Shown here: positions 51,831 to 64,000 of the stretch, piece by piece
How positions within the stretch are numbered: position 1 is the first letter of the stretch
How the letters are laid out: each line of letters begins with the position of its first letter
Notes under the pieces: generated by a model
Seen by the model: the letters and a program-made list of their open reading frames with translations, nothing else
The model's database searches: none
What the model was told of the DNA's origin: nothing
NCBI RefSeq assembly: GCF_009914755.1
Contig: NC_060932.1
Strand: one strand, 5' to 3'
DNA: 64,000 nt
From: the human T2T-CHM13v2.0 reference genome, Homo sapiens
Program-made: the position numbers and the translations under genes

Positions 51831-54800
51831 GTTACGTATCTATACTTTATAGTTGTTTCTGCAACAAGCCCTGCTGCCTCCAAGGGTGTGGTCTTAGTTA
51901 ATTGTATGTGTATTTTATCTGTGATAAAATTTAACAAGTTAATTATTTTTTAAAAAATCCTTTACAAACTGCTACTAAAGGGTTTTTAAAACATTTTATA
52001 ATTAGTAGGTGAAATTGGGTTCTACGTTTTAAAATTAATATCATTCAAGGAAAATGAAATTAGATTAGTATAATATCTTTCAGGAAATTTTAAAAATGTG
52101 TATTTCTAAGTTATGTGTTAGGAAAATATTTCTGTCTCTCACAATTTTCAGTGGGATACTTGAGAGATCAGAGATTTTACTCCATGTACTCTGTATGTCT
52201 GTTTTGACGATGAAATTTTGGTTACTACACTTTGAACTGTTTTCTTAAGCCTGAAATGAGCAACAGTAATACTCATAGTTTTCCTGACTCAGAGGAAAAA
52301 CGTTGGCAGAGCACAACCAATTTTGCCAAGGGGAAAATTGGTGAAATCTACCTTAGGAGCAACGATGACATTTTAAATGTAAATGTAAGAAATCCAGTTT
52401 GGCGGAAATATACAAAAAGGATTTTCATAAAGACAGGCTTACCCTGGAGCAAAGCTAAAGAGAGTTTTCGTCACCCAGGATATGTTAACACTACCCTTTG
52501 TCTGAGGGAGACTGTATTCTCATCAAGACCTGTAATAACTGAATTATCATTTCAGTATGCAGACTTTTAAGTGAATACAAGGTAGATTTTCCAATCAGAT
52601 TTGTTAATTTCTCCAAAGTATTCTGTATGTTAGCCAGGTGTAAATAGTAGGGAAATGTGAAGAGGAAAAATATTTTTCTACTGCTAATCACACCATGCAG
52701 ACTACTTTAAACATTTGTACTAATGCTCAAAAATACAAACCTGATTTATTTCTACCTTTACAAACTGTGTTTTGGTTATGTAGGAAATTCAAAATGGATT
52801 ACAAGAGACTGCATGGCCAGGAAAAGATTAAATGTGTCTCAAATAATTAAATAAAAATAATGATAACTGATACTAGAAACTAAACTACGATTAAAATATT
52901 TGGATGGATGGGTAGTGATAGCTCCACAGCAGTGGCAAACTTGAAGTCAGATTGTAACGAATGTTTGTTACCGCATTAAACAATAACACATCCTTCCTGG
53001 GAAAACTAAAATGACAGGTGTAGCCATTGATGCTTTAAGCATATACTCTGACCTCATGACTCACAATCTGCTGCAGCCTGTGGAACACATACTGTGGAGT
53101 CAGAATTATGCTTAGGGAAAGAAGGGCTAGAAAATGTAGTGTAGGAACTTCATCTTATTTACTGCAAAATATGTTTTTCAATGTCTTATTGAGATAACAT
53201 TTTAAAAATAAAATGAAAATGAACATCTCCCTGACTGCTTACTTCCCTTTCTCATTTTCTTAAGCAAAAAAGGAGTTTATGAGCGATGGAGGGCTACGTT
53301 TATGTAGCTTTTAAAATGGATGGTGCTGTGGTAGATTTGACCTTAGGTAGATTGTTAAAAAAAAAAAAAAAGTTCTTCAGCTGAGTGTGTCTTAGTTATA
53401 TTTTGAAGCTGCATTCTTGCTGCATTTTTTATTTAAATGGTTTGCCTTAATGATCAGTGCTCATAGGTTTCAGAATTATGCAAAAGATGAAAATAAAACT
53501 AGCATTAGTCGAATCCATATTTCTGAAATACATTCGTTATTGCATTGTGTCGTTCTCTACAGATCATTACTTTGTGTGTGGTTTTGCTCATATTTCCAAT
53601 TTTGTCTAATTCTCAGTCACAGTTTTTACATTATAACCCACTGAAGATTTTATTTTTTTCATTTCAGTAGCCATTATTTGAATCATAAAAAAATGCATTA
53701 CTGTATTCATAATGTACTGCTCATGTGACAGTTTTTGAACTTTAATATTCTTTTCTGTAATGTGCTGGCTTAGCAGCCTATAAAAGAGACATATTGTTTG
53801 TAATGTTTCTTACCCACAACAAATGATGTGATTCTAGGGTTTATGAAATGGCAGTAGTTTTCTAAATTTGTGATTCTTCTGTGTTCCGTCGTCAAGAACA
53901 GTTGTACATCTGCTCAGCACAGACTTTCCGAGACTATGAACTTTAATTGAGGAAAAATAATGAGGGTTCAGGGACTACTGATATGGAGTCAGTTGCAAAG
54001 CAGGTGCCCTGCTGCCAGATCAATAGATTATTTACTCCTTTGTCATAAACAGGAAACAGTTGGTTGTTTGTGGCAACAGCATGCATATTTTAAAGCCCGT
54101 GGACGTTCTCTCCTTCTTTGTCAACGTAGAACACTTAAAATAGTGTTTCGTTCATAATTTATCATAATCGTATAGAATAAACAAACAATACTTAATCTGT
54201 TTTTAAAATTAACCACCTTATTTGAAATGAACTTAAGGAGTGATTTCGGGAATTATGCATCATTTGTGCTTCCAACCCTAACCTCTTCAATTCATATGGT
54301 TGCAGTCATAACCCTCTATATAATTGTCTAAATATTTTTCTGCCTCTATAGATACTTGAAAATAGAAAACCTTTTTTTCCCTAAGTACATAGGGAAATCT
54401 AAAGTATAAATTGTTGATCATTTAGAATTTCATTAGGACACTGGAACAGTTTGTACAAGGTTTTCAAGCCACTTGAGTAGAATTTTCTTATAATTGGGGA
54501 GAGGGCCAGGAGCAAAGCTCAGAATCCCTTTCTCACTGCATAAAACAAGCACATCAGGCTTTCAGTCGGCATCTGATTTCTGAGTGTGTTGGAACTATCT
54601 CTGACACACCTGAGCAGGATCAACGTGAGAGGCCAGGGTCACCCAAAGGGGGCGTGCTCCTCTCTCAGCACCTCTCATTAGCAAACCAAACAAAGGGGCT
54701 GGAGGATGCCTGGAATTAGCTGCAATTTCCACCATGACAAGTGACTTTTTTGTTACATAATGATATGCTGGGAATTTATATCCTAGGTTCCAGAGATCAG

Positions 54801-56505
54801 TAGCTTAAATTCTAATGATGGATTTTGTGGCATGAAAGTCTGACTTTTAGCACTTGGAGGTTGGAGACCATATAAACCACACCATAAACCTTATACACAA
54901 AGCCCACCTATGGACAGCTCCTCTGAGGCCTCAGGCAGTTCACACACCTCACCTTTCAACCAGAAATGTGATAATTGAAGCTGTTCTTGGGAATAGTCTT
55001 CAGTTTTACTACAAATCTCTCTAATTCCTTTTGGAACTGAGATTACTACTAGAGCTGAATTATTTTGGAAAGAACTGCCACCAGAGAAAAACAAATTTAT
55101 GTTTAAGAAAAAGAAAATTGCATTTCTAAAATGCAAATGGTTGAACCTAAATCCATTAAATAGTAGCTTCAAAGTACATGTAACCAAAAAAAAGTTACTT
55201 GATAAACCCATTCAACTGCCTTTCAGTTTGAAAACATGTTAGTAAGAAAATAAATTTATATTTGTCTTAACTATATAGTCATTGCAATATGGCATAATAA
55301 TGTAACAATGCATTTCCTAACCACAAAGTGGTAACAAAAATATCATTAAATGTGGAACTAAAAACAATACCTAATTTCTATTCATACAAAATAATTGCTG
55401 CTAGTTAAATGTGTCATTCTTTAAGTGAGGATTGAATTTTGTACTGCTGTTTCAGCAAGTGTGTGCACTCAGTATGGTCCTTGTATCATTGTTAGCATTT
55501 CTAGTGTGTTATTTAAAAACAGTTATGTTTAGATTTTTATTTCATGCTTCTTAAATATCAGATGGAAGTATTCGCTGCTTAATATTTTTCCCTAGTTCTA
55601 ATTACAAAAATAAATGTAGCTATCATGGTAAAGTTAAATTTCTCATCAGTACTGTAGGAATAAGGCACACTGGCAATTCACCTTTTTTCCTAGTGAGATG
55701 GGTGGGGTTTGTTGCTTTAGAGTCATTAAATTTCCTTTGAGTCCAAAAGCTAGACTGGAAATTGGGGCAAATTACAGTTATACACGATGAGGGAGGTGGT
55801 CCCTTCATTTCTATTGATGAGAGGACTTAAATTAAAAGATACTTTGAAGTTATTTAATTTAAAAGCAAATATTCAACTATAAGTCTATATTCAACTAGTT
55901 TTACAAAGAATTTTTTATGTCCACTGTCTTGAAAATATGTAGCGTCAGAAGTAGAATTACCCATTTATAAGCGTGTGCTTTATTCTAGACAGCAGGAAGT
56001 AGTAAGTCCAGGCTTCGAAGCTCTGTCATACCATGCAGAGATGAAAAGTTCAAGATGAGGTGACATCAATGGAAATTCTCTGAATAAAAGACGTCAGGAG
56101 CAAAGTCTTTGTCTAGGGCCCCTGATCTCAAGATGAATATTGTGCCTCAATTTCTTATTCAACGACCTGCGGTTCTCAGTTGGATCTAATTTCTCAAAAA
56201 GAATATAAGAAATGTGAATTGTAAGAGAAAAGTAGTAGCAACCTTTTTTTTTTTTTCTATTGATGGAGGTAAAGCTTGTGATTTTTTCCCCCTTTTTAAC
56301 ACAGATATGTCTGAGGGAAAACAGAGAACAAAACCAGGACATTATTTGTAAGCCCAAACATGACGGTTGCAAAATTGGCCCAAGCTGTAGAAGATTTAAG
56401 CAGCTATTGTTAGGAGGTTTTTTGTAGTGGGAGAACAAGTCTGCCATAGATATGACCTTAAATGTGTCTGCTTTCCCACATTTTGTGACGGTCTGGAGAA
56501 ATTTA

Positions 56506-56549
<44 letters not shown>

Positions 56550-56577
56550 ACGTGCGCATGTGCGCATGCGTGTGTGT
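56506..56577. repeat. (TG)n microsatellite with CG-containing purine/pyrimidine-alternating extension
   Basis: Uninterrupted R/Y alternation: atat(gt)n gcacgtgcgcatgtgcgcatgcgtgtgtgt. Confidence 0.97.
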
Positions 56578-59500
56578 TGCAGGAATAGTTGTAGCAGCAT
56601 GAAGTGCAGGGAAGGTTAACCCTGTTTTCAGGAAGTTATTTAGTTGAATGAAAATGTGGCAAAATAGGGAAAACCTTTATTGTTCTGAAAATGAAACTTG
56701 ATTTTCTAGGAAGTAAAAATCATATAAGAGAAGCATTGGAAAGACTTCATAATGATTTTATTGACATAGTAAAAAATGATTTTCCAACGCAAGTTTTGTG
56801 CCTGTAATAAAACCTCTATGTCAAAAATCACCCTTATGCAAGGAGAATAAAGCATGCTGCAAGCCTTTCAGAAATGCCATTTTCAGAATACCTTCTGATG
56901 ATTATTGGTCTCTTTTTTCTGTAAAGTTCTATGGAGAATATATTTTAATTAGCTTCCACTTGATACCACTTCATGCACACTGCCCAACTCTGACCCAGTG
57001 TGTGATCATATAGAATGCATTACAAAAGAACTGGTCATTTGAGTGCTTTAATATAGCTTTGTATTAATGTCAGACATCATTTAGACAAGGCATTAAAAGT
57101 GTTATTTTAATGACTGAAGTGTGTTGGGTAGAAGAGGCTTAATCTTTATAGGAAGAACAATTTCAATTAGCTCTAAAATATTAATTTGTTGGTACAACTA
57201 TATACTCTAATGTATTTGGCTGCAAAACATCTTATGAATAATACATTGCCAGAATCCACTTGTCTTATTATGTAACTAATACTGCCTTTTTTAAAAAAAC
57301 AAGGGTTTCTAATTTTATAACCACCATGATTCAGTTAAAATTAATAAAAAAGAACCTTGATCATTTTTAATGTTGAAGCTTTTTTCTATTGTGTTTCCCC
57401 GAGGTAATTTGTAAGGCTATAAATAAAGTATGCAATCTCTGGCTATTAAGATATTGAATAGGTTTTAAACATGATATGGCTATCTGTCTTAAAAATTTAA
57501 GGGCATTTTTATTTATTTGTTTACAAGGTGAGTGTAAGATATTCTCCCTGGAAACAATTTGTCTCACTGTGCAAAGTGTAAAAATATGAGAACAAAAATA
57601 ACTGCATACCTTAATCCTACTATTGTGTTTCTGGGAGCTAAAAATGCTGCTGTTGTGGCTTTTACTCTCCTTGAATATCTCCCTGTAGCCTTATCTTTCC
57701 ATTGTGCTGGCTGTTTATTGCAACATCTTGGCTTTGGTTTTCATGACTGTGCATGTGGCCCTACCTTAAGGTGGGTGAGAGCCACACAGGTAAAAACCCT
57801 GTAGCCCTTTTGAAAATGTGCTGTTTTTCCCTGCAGCTAACCAGAAATCTGTGATTGCTTCCACAGACTTCTCAGGGGTTGCCTGTACCAGGCGAAATGT
57901 AGGTGGCTCTAAATTGCTTGTACATTACACACCAACACGAAGCACTTGTCTGCTGGCTTGGATAGCTTTAATGCTCCTGTTCCACAGCACCAAAGCAGCT
58001 GGATGAAAAGCGAAAAAGCTCTGGTGGGCAGTCAAGGCTTTCAAGCATCCTGACAAATGCCCCTAAACAGACTATAATAAAGTAGGAACAATGGCTTTCA
58101 TGGAGGTAGGCCTAAAAAGCATTCATTATTTTCTATAACTCTCCTAGTTACTTTCATTGTCATCAGTGGCATTGGTCACATTTAGCCTGATTAATTCTGA
58201 AATATATGAAAACTAGATTTACTTCAATATAACTCTTGCACAATGTAAGACGGGAGAGGGGGAAAATGCTGAGTTTGGTAGCAAAGCAGAACCACTCAAA
58301 TGCAGTTTTTAAACTAGGTAGAGGCTTTTGTAGTAGATTTCATGCAGCAGTTGGCATTGGCAGTATTGCAAAAAGAGATGTATTCTGTTGTGCTCTGTTT
58401 GATCAAGTGCTAAACCCGTGTGATCAATAGAGAGACAGATGTCGGGTGCAGATGGCGATGCCGTGATACCTGGGGCAGCGCGGGCCTGCCAGAATGACAG
58501 AATGGGAACAGGGAAGAGCAGCAATGCAACAGAATGTGACAAATGAAATTAGGGTTTATACTAGTCGATAATTTACAGCTAATACAAAGTGACAGAATTT
58601 TTCACTACCCAGTATATTTTACTTCCAGTAATGCTATAGCCAATAAAGGCATATTTCATGCAACATAATAAAATGAAAGCTGTGGGGAAATATAGTCCAA
58701 CCATTTTTTATTATGTTACAACTTTTAAAATTGCTCCCTGAGAGAATACTAATAGCATGCAAGTCTTGTTAGAGTGACGTCTAAAGGCATTTTATCTCCA
58801 AATTTATAGCAGCCCAATCACTTACTCTGATTGCATATTAGACTCACAAGTTGAAGACAGATAACTCTGTAATGACCAAAATGCATATGCTTTGCTTTAA
58901 AAGATATATTTTTAAAGACTCATTCAGTCTGTGTGTAAAATTATAAAAACAATTATTAATTTCAACTTATTAGAAAACATTTTAATTTCCTATATTAAAG
59001 GGAATGTTTAAGCAGTCACCTGTGTAATTAAAAATGAAAATCTAAACACATATTAAAAATTTGCTTCCACATCCAGGACAAAACGCGTAGTTATTATATT
59101 TGGAATATACTTTATGACTCCATAATTCAAAATAAATTTGCAAACACTTTGGCTATTTTACCAATCATGGATAATGAATCTATTGATTTTTTTAAAGACT
59201 TAATTAAATTTTCCATATTCTTGAACATATACTTACACACCTACCAACAATCTGGAATGGTATTGTGTGGATGAGCAGGGCCATCCCTAAACAAAACTAT
59301 GTAGTGGGTTCTTTTTATTCTACTTTCACCTCCTTTGATTCTCCTCCTCGTTCTGGGCTTCTGGTGTTGTGAAATTATGTCATGTGTGCAGAAAATAAAT
59401 CCATAGAACTGTTAATTAGCCTGGGACCTCTCTCAGTACCCACTTTCCTCATTGTTCAAATAGTCACCAAGCAACTGAATCCTAGAATGTCTCCCAAAGC

Positions 59501-59631
59501 TTTTATAACCATATCCACATGAAACTCCAAAGATGAATGCCTACAATCAGGAATCACCTCATGGAAGGCATATTGGAGAGTAAAGGAATTTCCTTACATT
59601 TATACAGGCAGAGTAATAGCGAGCAGGACCC

Positions 59632-59667
59632 ACAACCTGTGACAATGACAACCTGTGACAATGACAA
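59632..59667. repeat. Perfect 16-bp tandem duplication
   Basis: acaacctgtgacaatg x2 plus acaa. Confidence 0.9.
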
Positions 59668-61146
59668 TTGCTTATTAATAATATAAATAGGAGACAATTC
59701 TTGTTTTCAACAAACTTTCCTAAGTACCTGCTTTGTGAACACCAAAGAAGACCCAAGGTATATGCTTCAGCGGAAATAATCACGACTATCATTCACTGGC
59801 TCTGGTGGGAGCATTCACAAATTATGGGATCAATGAAGGAGGACAAGATCATGATGTCACTGCAGTTCTGAAAATTTGGAGAATCTTGCCTATCCAAGAG
59901 AATACTTGACAGTTGAAAATCTCTCCCTCTCTTTATTCCACACACAATAGTAGGTATTTTTATATAATAGCTTGGCTAAGTTATACCTATCATCTATAGT
60001 TGTGCCATATCTCAAGTTAATCCAAATTTAATTAGAAAAACATTCTATACATGAACCCAAGGCTCTACAATGAATATTTATAATTACTAGAAGTAATGTA
60101 GCAATAATGTTCTGGATACTTCAATGGACTGTATGCTTTTGGACTTTTTATTTCAGTCATTTGATTTTTTTTAACAGAAAACTTATTGCTTCATTTTTAG
60201 GAGTCTTATTGGGAAATTTTAGTAATCAATTGATTGAAAACCTTAAATAGATCTTTAATAATTAGTCCAGCTTCCACATGCATTACTGAGTTATTCCAAT
60301 CCACCAAATATAAGAGTGTTATAGAAAGCTAGGGCCCTGTTAACTCTGAACGCTCATACAGAAATCATGCCTCAGGTAGTTGGCATGTTATGATATGAAT
60401 GGATTATTCATTTAGGAAGACATCCACAGCAGGACCCAGAGTCATTATAGGAAACTCATGCCTGATGGTAAAGTGCTTCCTGGCCTGTGTTAACAAGCAT
60501 CTATTTAGATCATGACACTCCCTTCCAAAGACATTTTAATATGCCATTTGATAGGGGCTAGTTGGAGTTTAGGTAGGTGGAGTTATAAAGTATTTGCTGA
60601 ATCCTTACCTTTATATAACTCCATATCACATATAACAATGAGTAAGCTTAGGCTCATAGAATACCATTTTATTTGCAGGCTCTAAAACCTCACCTGGACT
60701 TGCCTAATCGTGGCAGTTATCTGTTGGCATGACATTATTACTTTATCTCATTCGCCAAGTTCAGGCTTTGAATGATTTGAAAGAAACCAGTGTACTAGCC
60801 TTTTAATTTTAAAGATGAACAAAATGGGGCCCAGGGAAATTAAATGGATTTTCCACATTCACAGTATTGCATGCCATATGCTGGAAAAGAATCATGTTTT
60901 CTTGACTTTGCCATTATGGCCAAAGGTAAACAGAATACTAGCAGACCTGGGTTCCTTTATTAGGGCAAGATGCCTTTCCACAATATCCGCTTCACAGACA
61001 TTCTTCCTGAGCCAGCTCAAATCCCATCTCTTTTTCTAAGGCTCCCAATTATTGTTGGCATAATGATTTTTCTACTCCCCTAAAACTCTTACAGCAAGTG
61101 ATGTCATGTGATTCCGGTTGATGCATGGACTGTCTCTTGATAATCC

Positions 61147-61147
<1 letters not shown>

Positions 61148-61178
<31 letters not shown>
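61148..61178. repeat. (TG)n microsatellite
   Basis: Directly visible. Confidence 0.97.
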
Positions 61179-61181
<3 letters not shown>

Positions 61182-61429
61182 CACATGTGTGTATTCATTA
61201 TTCAAATGGATAATAACTTGCTAGGGTTAAGGAACTTGACTTTATTATTATCTTGAACTGCAATCTAGTAGGCATGGTGAAATGATGGATGCAATTATGC
61301 ATGAATGAATTCAGCCATGAATTCTTTTCATTCACCATGACCCTCTCTACCTTTATATCTTGCTTACTGGTGCATGCAAAGAGGAGGCCTCCTTAATGTT
61401 CCTGACCATTGCCAGGGATAATGATATCC

Positions 61430-61870
61430 CTACATTTAACAAATATTTATTGTTTGCCTACATGTGTTGGCCATTCTGATATTTAAAGGCTATGCTAGTG
61501 AACGAAACAGACAGAACTTACTTTTCTACAGCTCTAGAAGGTAAGACAGTAGATTAGGTTAATTCAGAGGTCAGCCGATGAGTGGATATTATCCTGAGAG
61601 AGTTCAGGGGCTTATCCAAAGAGAGTAAGAGTGTTGAACAATGGAATTTGGCCTGTGGTAATTGCTCAGGGAAGACTTCTTGGTGGATATGAATGACTTG
61701 GAGTAGGGGAGAGTATTGGCCAGACAGAGGGAACAGCAGGGGTTAAGGCCCTGGACCAAAAAGAGCTTTACCAATGTGCCTGGAGCATAATTAAAGAGGA
61801 AAAATCACATGTAGGGGCAAGTGGCTGATGAGTTAGTTAGGGGGTTGTATCTTTTAGAGCCTTGGCCAGG
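61430..61870 (-). mobile_element. L2 LINE 3' remnant
   Basis: 'catttaacaaatatttattgtttgcctacatgtgttggccattctg...tcagggaagacttcttggtgga...cagagggaacagcaggggttaaggccctgg'. Confidence 0.7.
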
Positions 61871-63500
61871 TAGGTCACATGCAATATACATATTTAAAAG
61901 AAATTTAAAAGAATGCAAAGCTGCATGGTGTTTCAGTAGCACTAAGACTTCCCTTAACCAACTCTGCACTTAAAACATTTTCAGTCATTATGGACATATC
62001 CAAAGTCTAACTTTTGTAAGTTTCATAATATTTAATTAACAGTGATTTATGTGTAAAATCAAAGCAAACATAAACTTAAATGTACTTCCTGTCTAAAGAC
62101 TTTGGGTTCAAAAAAATTATGCAGGAAATGATATGAGGGAGATTATAGTGTTTAGACCAAGGCAAGGATGTGTGGATTTAAATCATGATATGGTTTTGAC
62201 ATTTGTCCTTTTTTCTTAAGCAAGCAACTGTGACATCTTTAGGGATAGAATTATAAGAAGATATATTTGAAAAAGGAATAAGCCCAGTTTTGAAAGGTTG
62301 TAGCCTACTTCAGATGACATTTTCAAATAGGTGATAGACTTCAACTAAAACGAAAACAAGTAATGGGGTATATTATTTATGTCTGAATCACACTACCTTG
62401 ATGAATGATTGAACTAATATTGTTGAGTCCCTTTTCTGTGCTAGATATTTTATATGCACAGATTGTATATTTATATACAATCCTTGGAACAACCATAGGA
62501 AGTATGAGATATTGTGTCATCTTACAGAGAAATCCATGGAGTTTCAGAGAGAATAAGCAATTATGCAAAATCACATAGCCTAAAAAGGACCAAGTTATAA
62601 TAGAACACACAACAAAGGTATATCATCTTGACAACTTAAAAATGTACTAAGCTGAGTCATGTTATCTCAGTCTTTGGGGATATATTTCTATGGGCATCAT
62701 GAATATTTCATCTGCAGAGATCCGCTGACATCTCAGTACACAGATCCAATGGAATGTAAGGCCTACTAAGGGACCAGTGTCGCAGGACAGTAGAGGAGAA
62801 ATCTACACCTTTCTTTTAAGAGCACAGAGTAAGCACTTTGAGGGAATGCTCTATGTATTCTTTCACCCTCTGTGCTCCACATTTCCTTGACCACTGTGTG
62901 TTCTATGAATACAGGTTGAGTAACTAAATGAATTAATGATGAAAATTATCTCTTATTTGCCACCTTATGTTTTGTGCTACCTAATCTAACCAGGCAATGC
63001 TAACCCATGAATTACAAAGTCAAGACTAGATAAAATCAATTTTAGACTATTTTCTGAAAGCTTTCTTTGTCTTCTTATTTCTCTTTTTTTAAGTACATAG
63101 ACTATGTATTTATCTGGGAAGGAACTAAGGATAATTTCATGATGCCCCAAGAATATCAGGATGGGTATTTCTACTTTTGTCCTTCTAACGTCTCTTTAGA
63201 CACAAGATGATTTGACGCACGGGCTTGTCTCAAGATATTTCTTTGAGTTCCCTTACAGACTTTTGTGTATTGCTTCCCTCCTGAAAAAAATACATTTAAC
63301 TCAGAAAACTGCAGGACAATGGAAAGAAGGCTGCTTTACATATTTTAACAGTATAACATTTTGTAAAAAGTTATGCGAGTTTGATAAAACAATAGTCTCA
63401 AAAATAAAAATTTTTTTATTCCCCAGCAATAGAGTAGAAACTCAATATATTAGCATAAGGACTGAAGCACATAAATACAATGAAATTGATGGATATGCTT

Positions 63501-63736
63501 TAGGAAAAGCATTTAAGAAACTTTTTGATCAATAAAAGTTGCAGATTCTTTTTGTACTGCTCTTTCCCATAAAACATATATGTATTATATATGTTAATTC
63601 ATAGCATAAGTTAATTCATAATTCATAGCTATAGGAAAAGCATTTAAGAAACTTTTTGACAAATAATTTAAGTTTCGGATTCTTTTTGTACTGCTCCTTC
63701 CCATAAAGCATATGTATTATATATGTTAATTCATAG
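63501..63736. repeat. Tandem duplication of about 105 bp (period 131 bp)
   Basis: 63501-63604 and 63632-63736 both read 'taggaaaagcatttaagaaactttttga...gattctttttgtactgctc.ttcccataaa...tatgtattatatatgttaattcatag'. Confidence 0.95.
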
Positions 63737-64000
63737 TCCCTTTGAAAATCAATGATCAATGCTTACGATGCTCTTGACCTACTCAAGAATATATGTACTG
63801 ATAGTATTAGTTCCAAGATGGTGCAAGGTTTTAGACTACAGTATTTGATTTTCCTCACTTTGGTAACATTTTTAATATTCTGAGTGACAGCACACTGAAT
63901 TTTTTGGTGGGGAATGAAGTTTTTGGTAACACAGAGTCCATAGAGTTAACACAAATCCTCCACTCCAATAAAGACAGCCACCAAGGGTCCTGATTACAGG

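Noticed and set aside
54636-54658. Second CTCF-like motif (acccaaagggggcgtg)
   Set aside because: It has mismatches in the 5' half of the core and is too weak to call from sequence alone.
56094-56600. Longest ORF (168 aa)
   Set aside because: It runs through the (CA)n microsatellite (HTHTHT) and a poly-A tract and has no recognisable domain.
63501-63736. CRISPR-like or other prokaryotic repeat array
   Set aside because: There are only two long copies, no repeat-spacer architecture, and the DNA is primate.

Overview
This is AT-rich, CpG-depleted primate (most likely human) genomic DNA with intronic or intergenic character. I found no protein-coding gene that the sequence supports. The supplied ORFs are short, often start at TTG/GTG, and mostly come from Alu, L1, Tigger or low-complexity sequence. 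Recognisable content: eight dimeric Alus and one fossil Alu monomer (FAM); two 5'-truncated L1PA copies; a near full-length Tigger2 DNA transposon with a MER8 MITE 1 kb away; MER63, MER33, MER58, MER5, MER94 and MADE1 DNA elements; several MIR, L2 and MLT1 relics; microsatellites; and a decayed processed RPL12 pseudogene (38798-39387, minus strand). The 48-59 kb region is poor in recognisable repeats and holds several splice-signal-like features. The best of these is a minus-strand branchpoint, pyrimidine tract and acceptor inside a small CpG cluster at about 58.4-58.6 kb. I see no evidence of a novel multi-gene system. The findings are local structural oddities and candidate regulatory or splicing elements. 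Repeat subfamily names come from remembered consensus sequences, and boundaries of old repeats are approximate.
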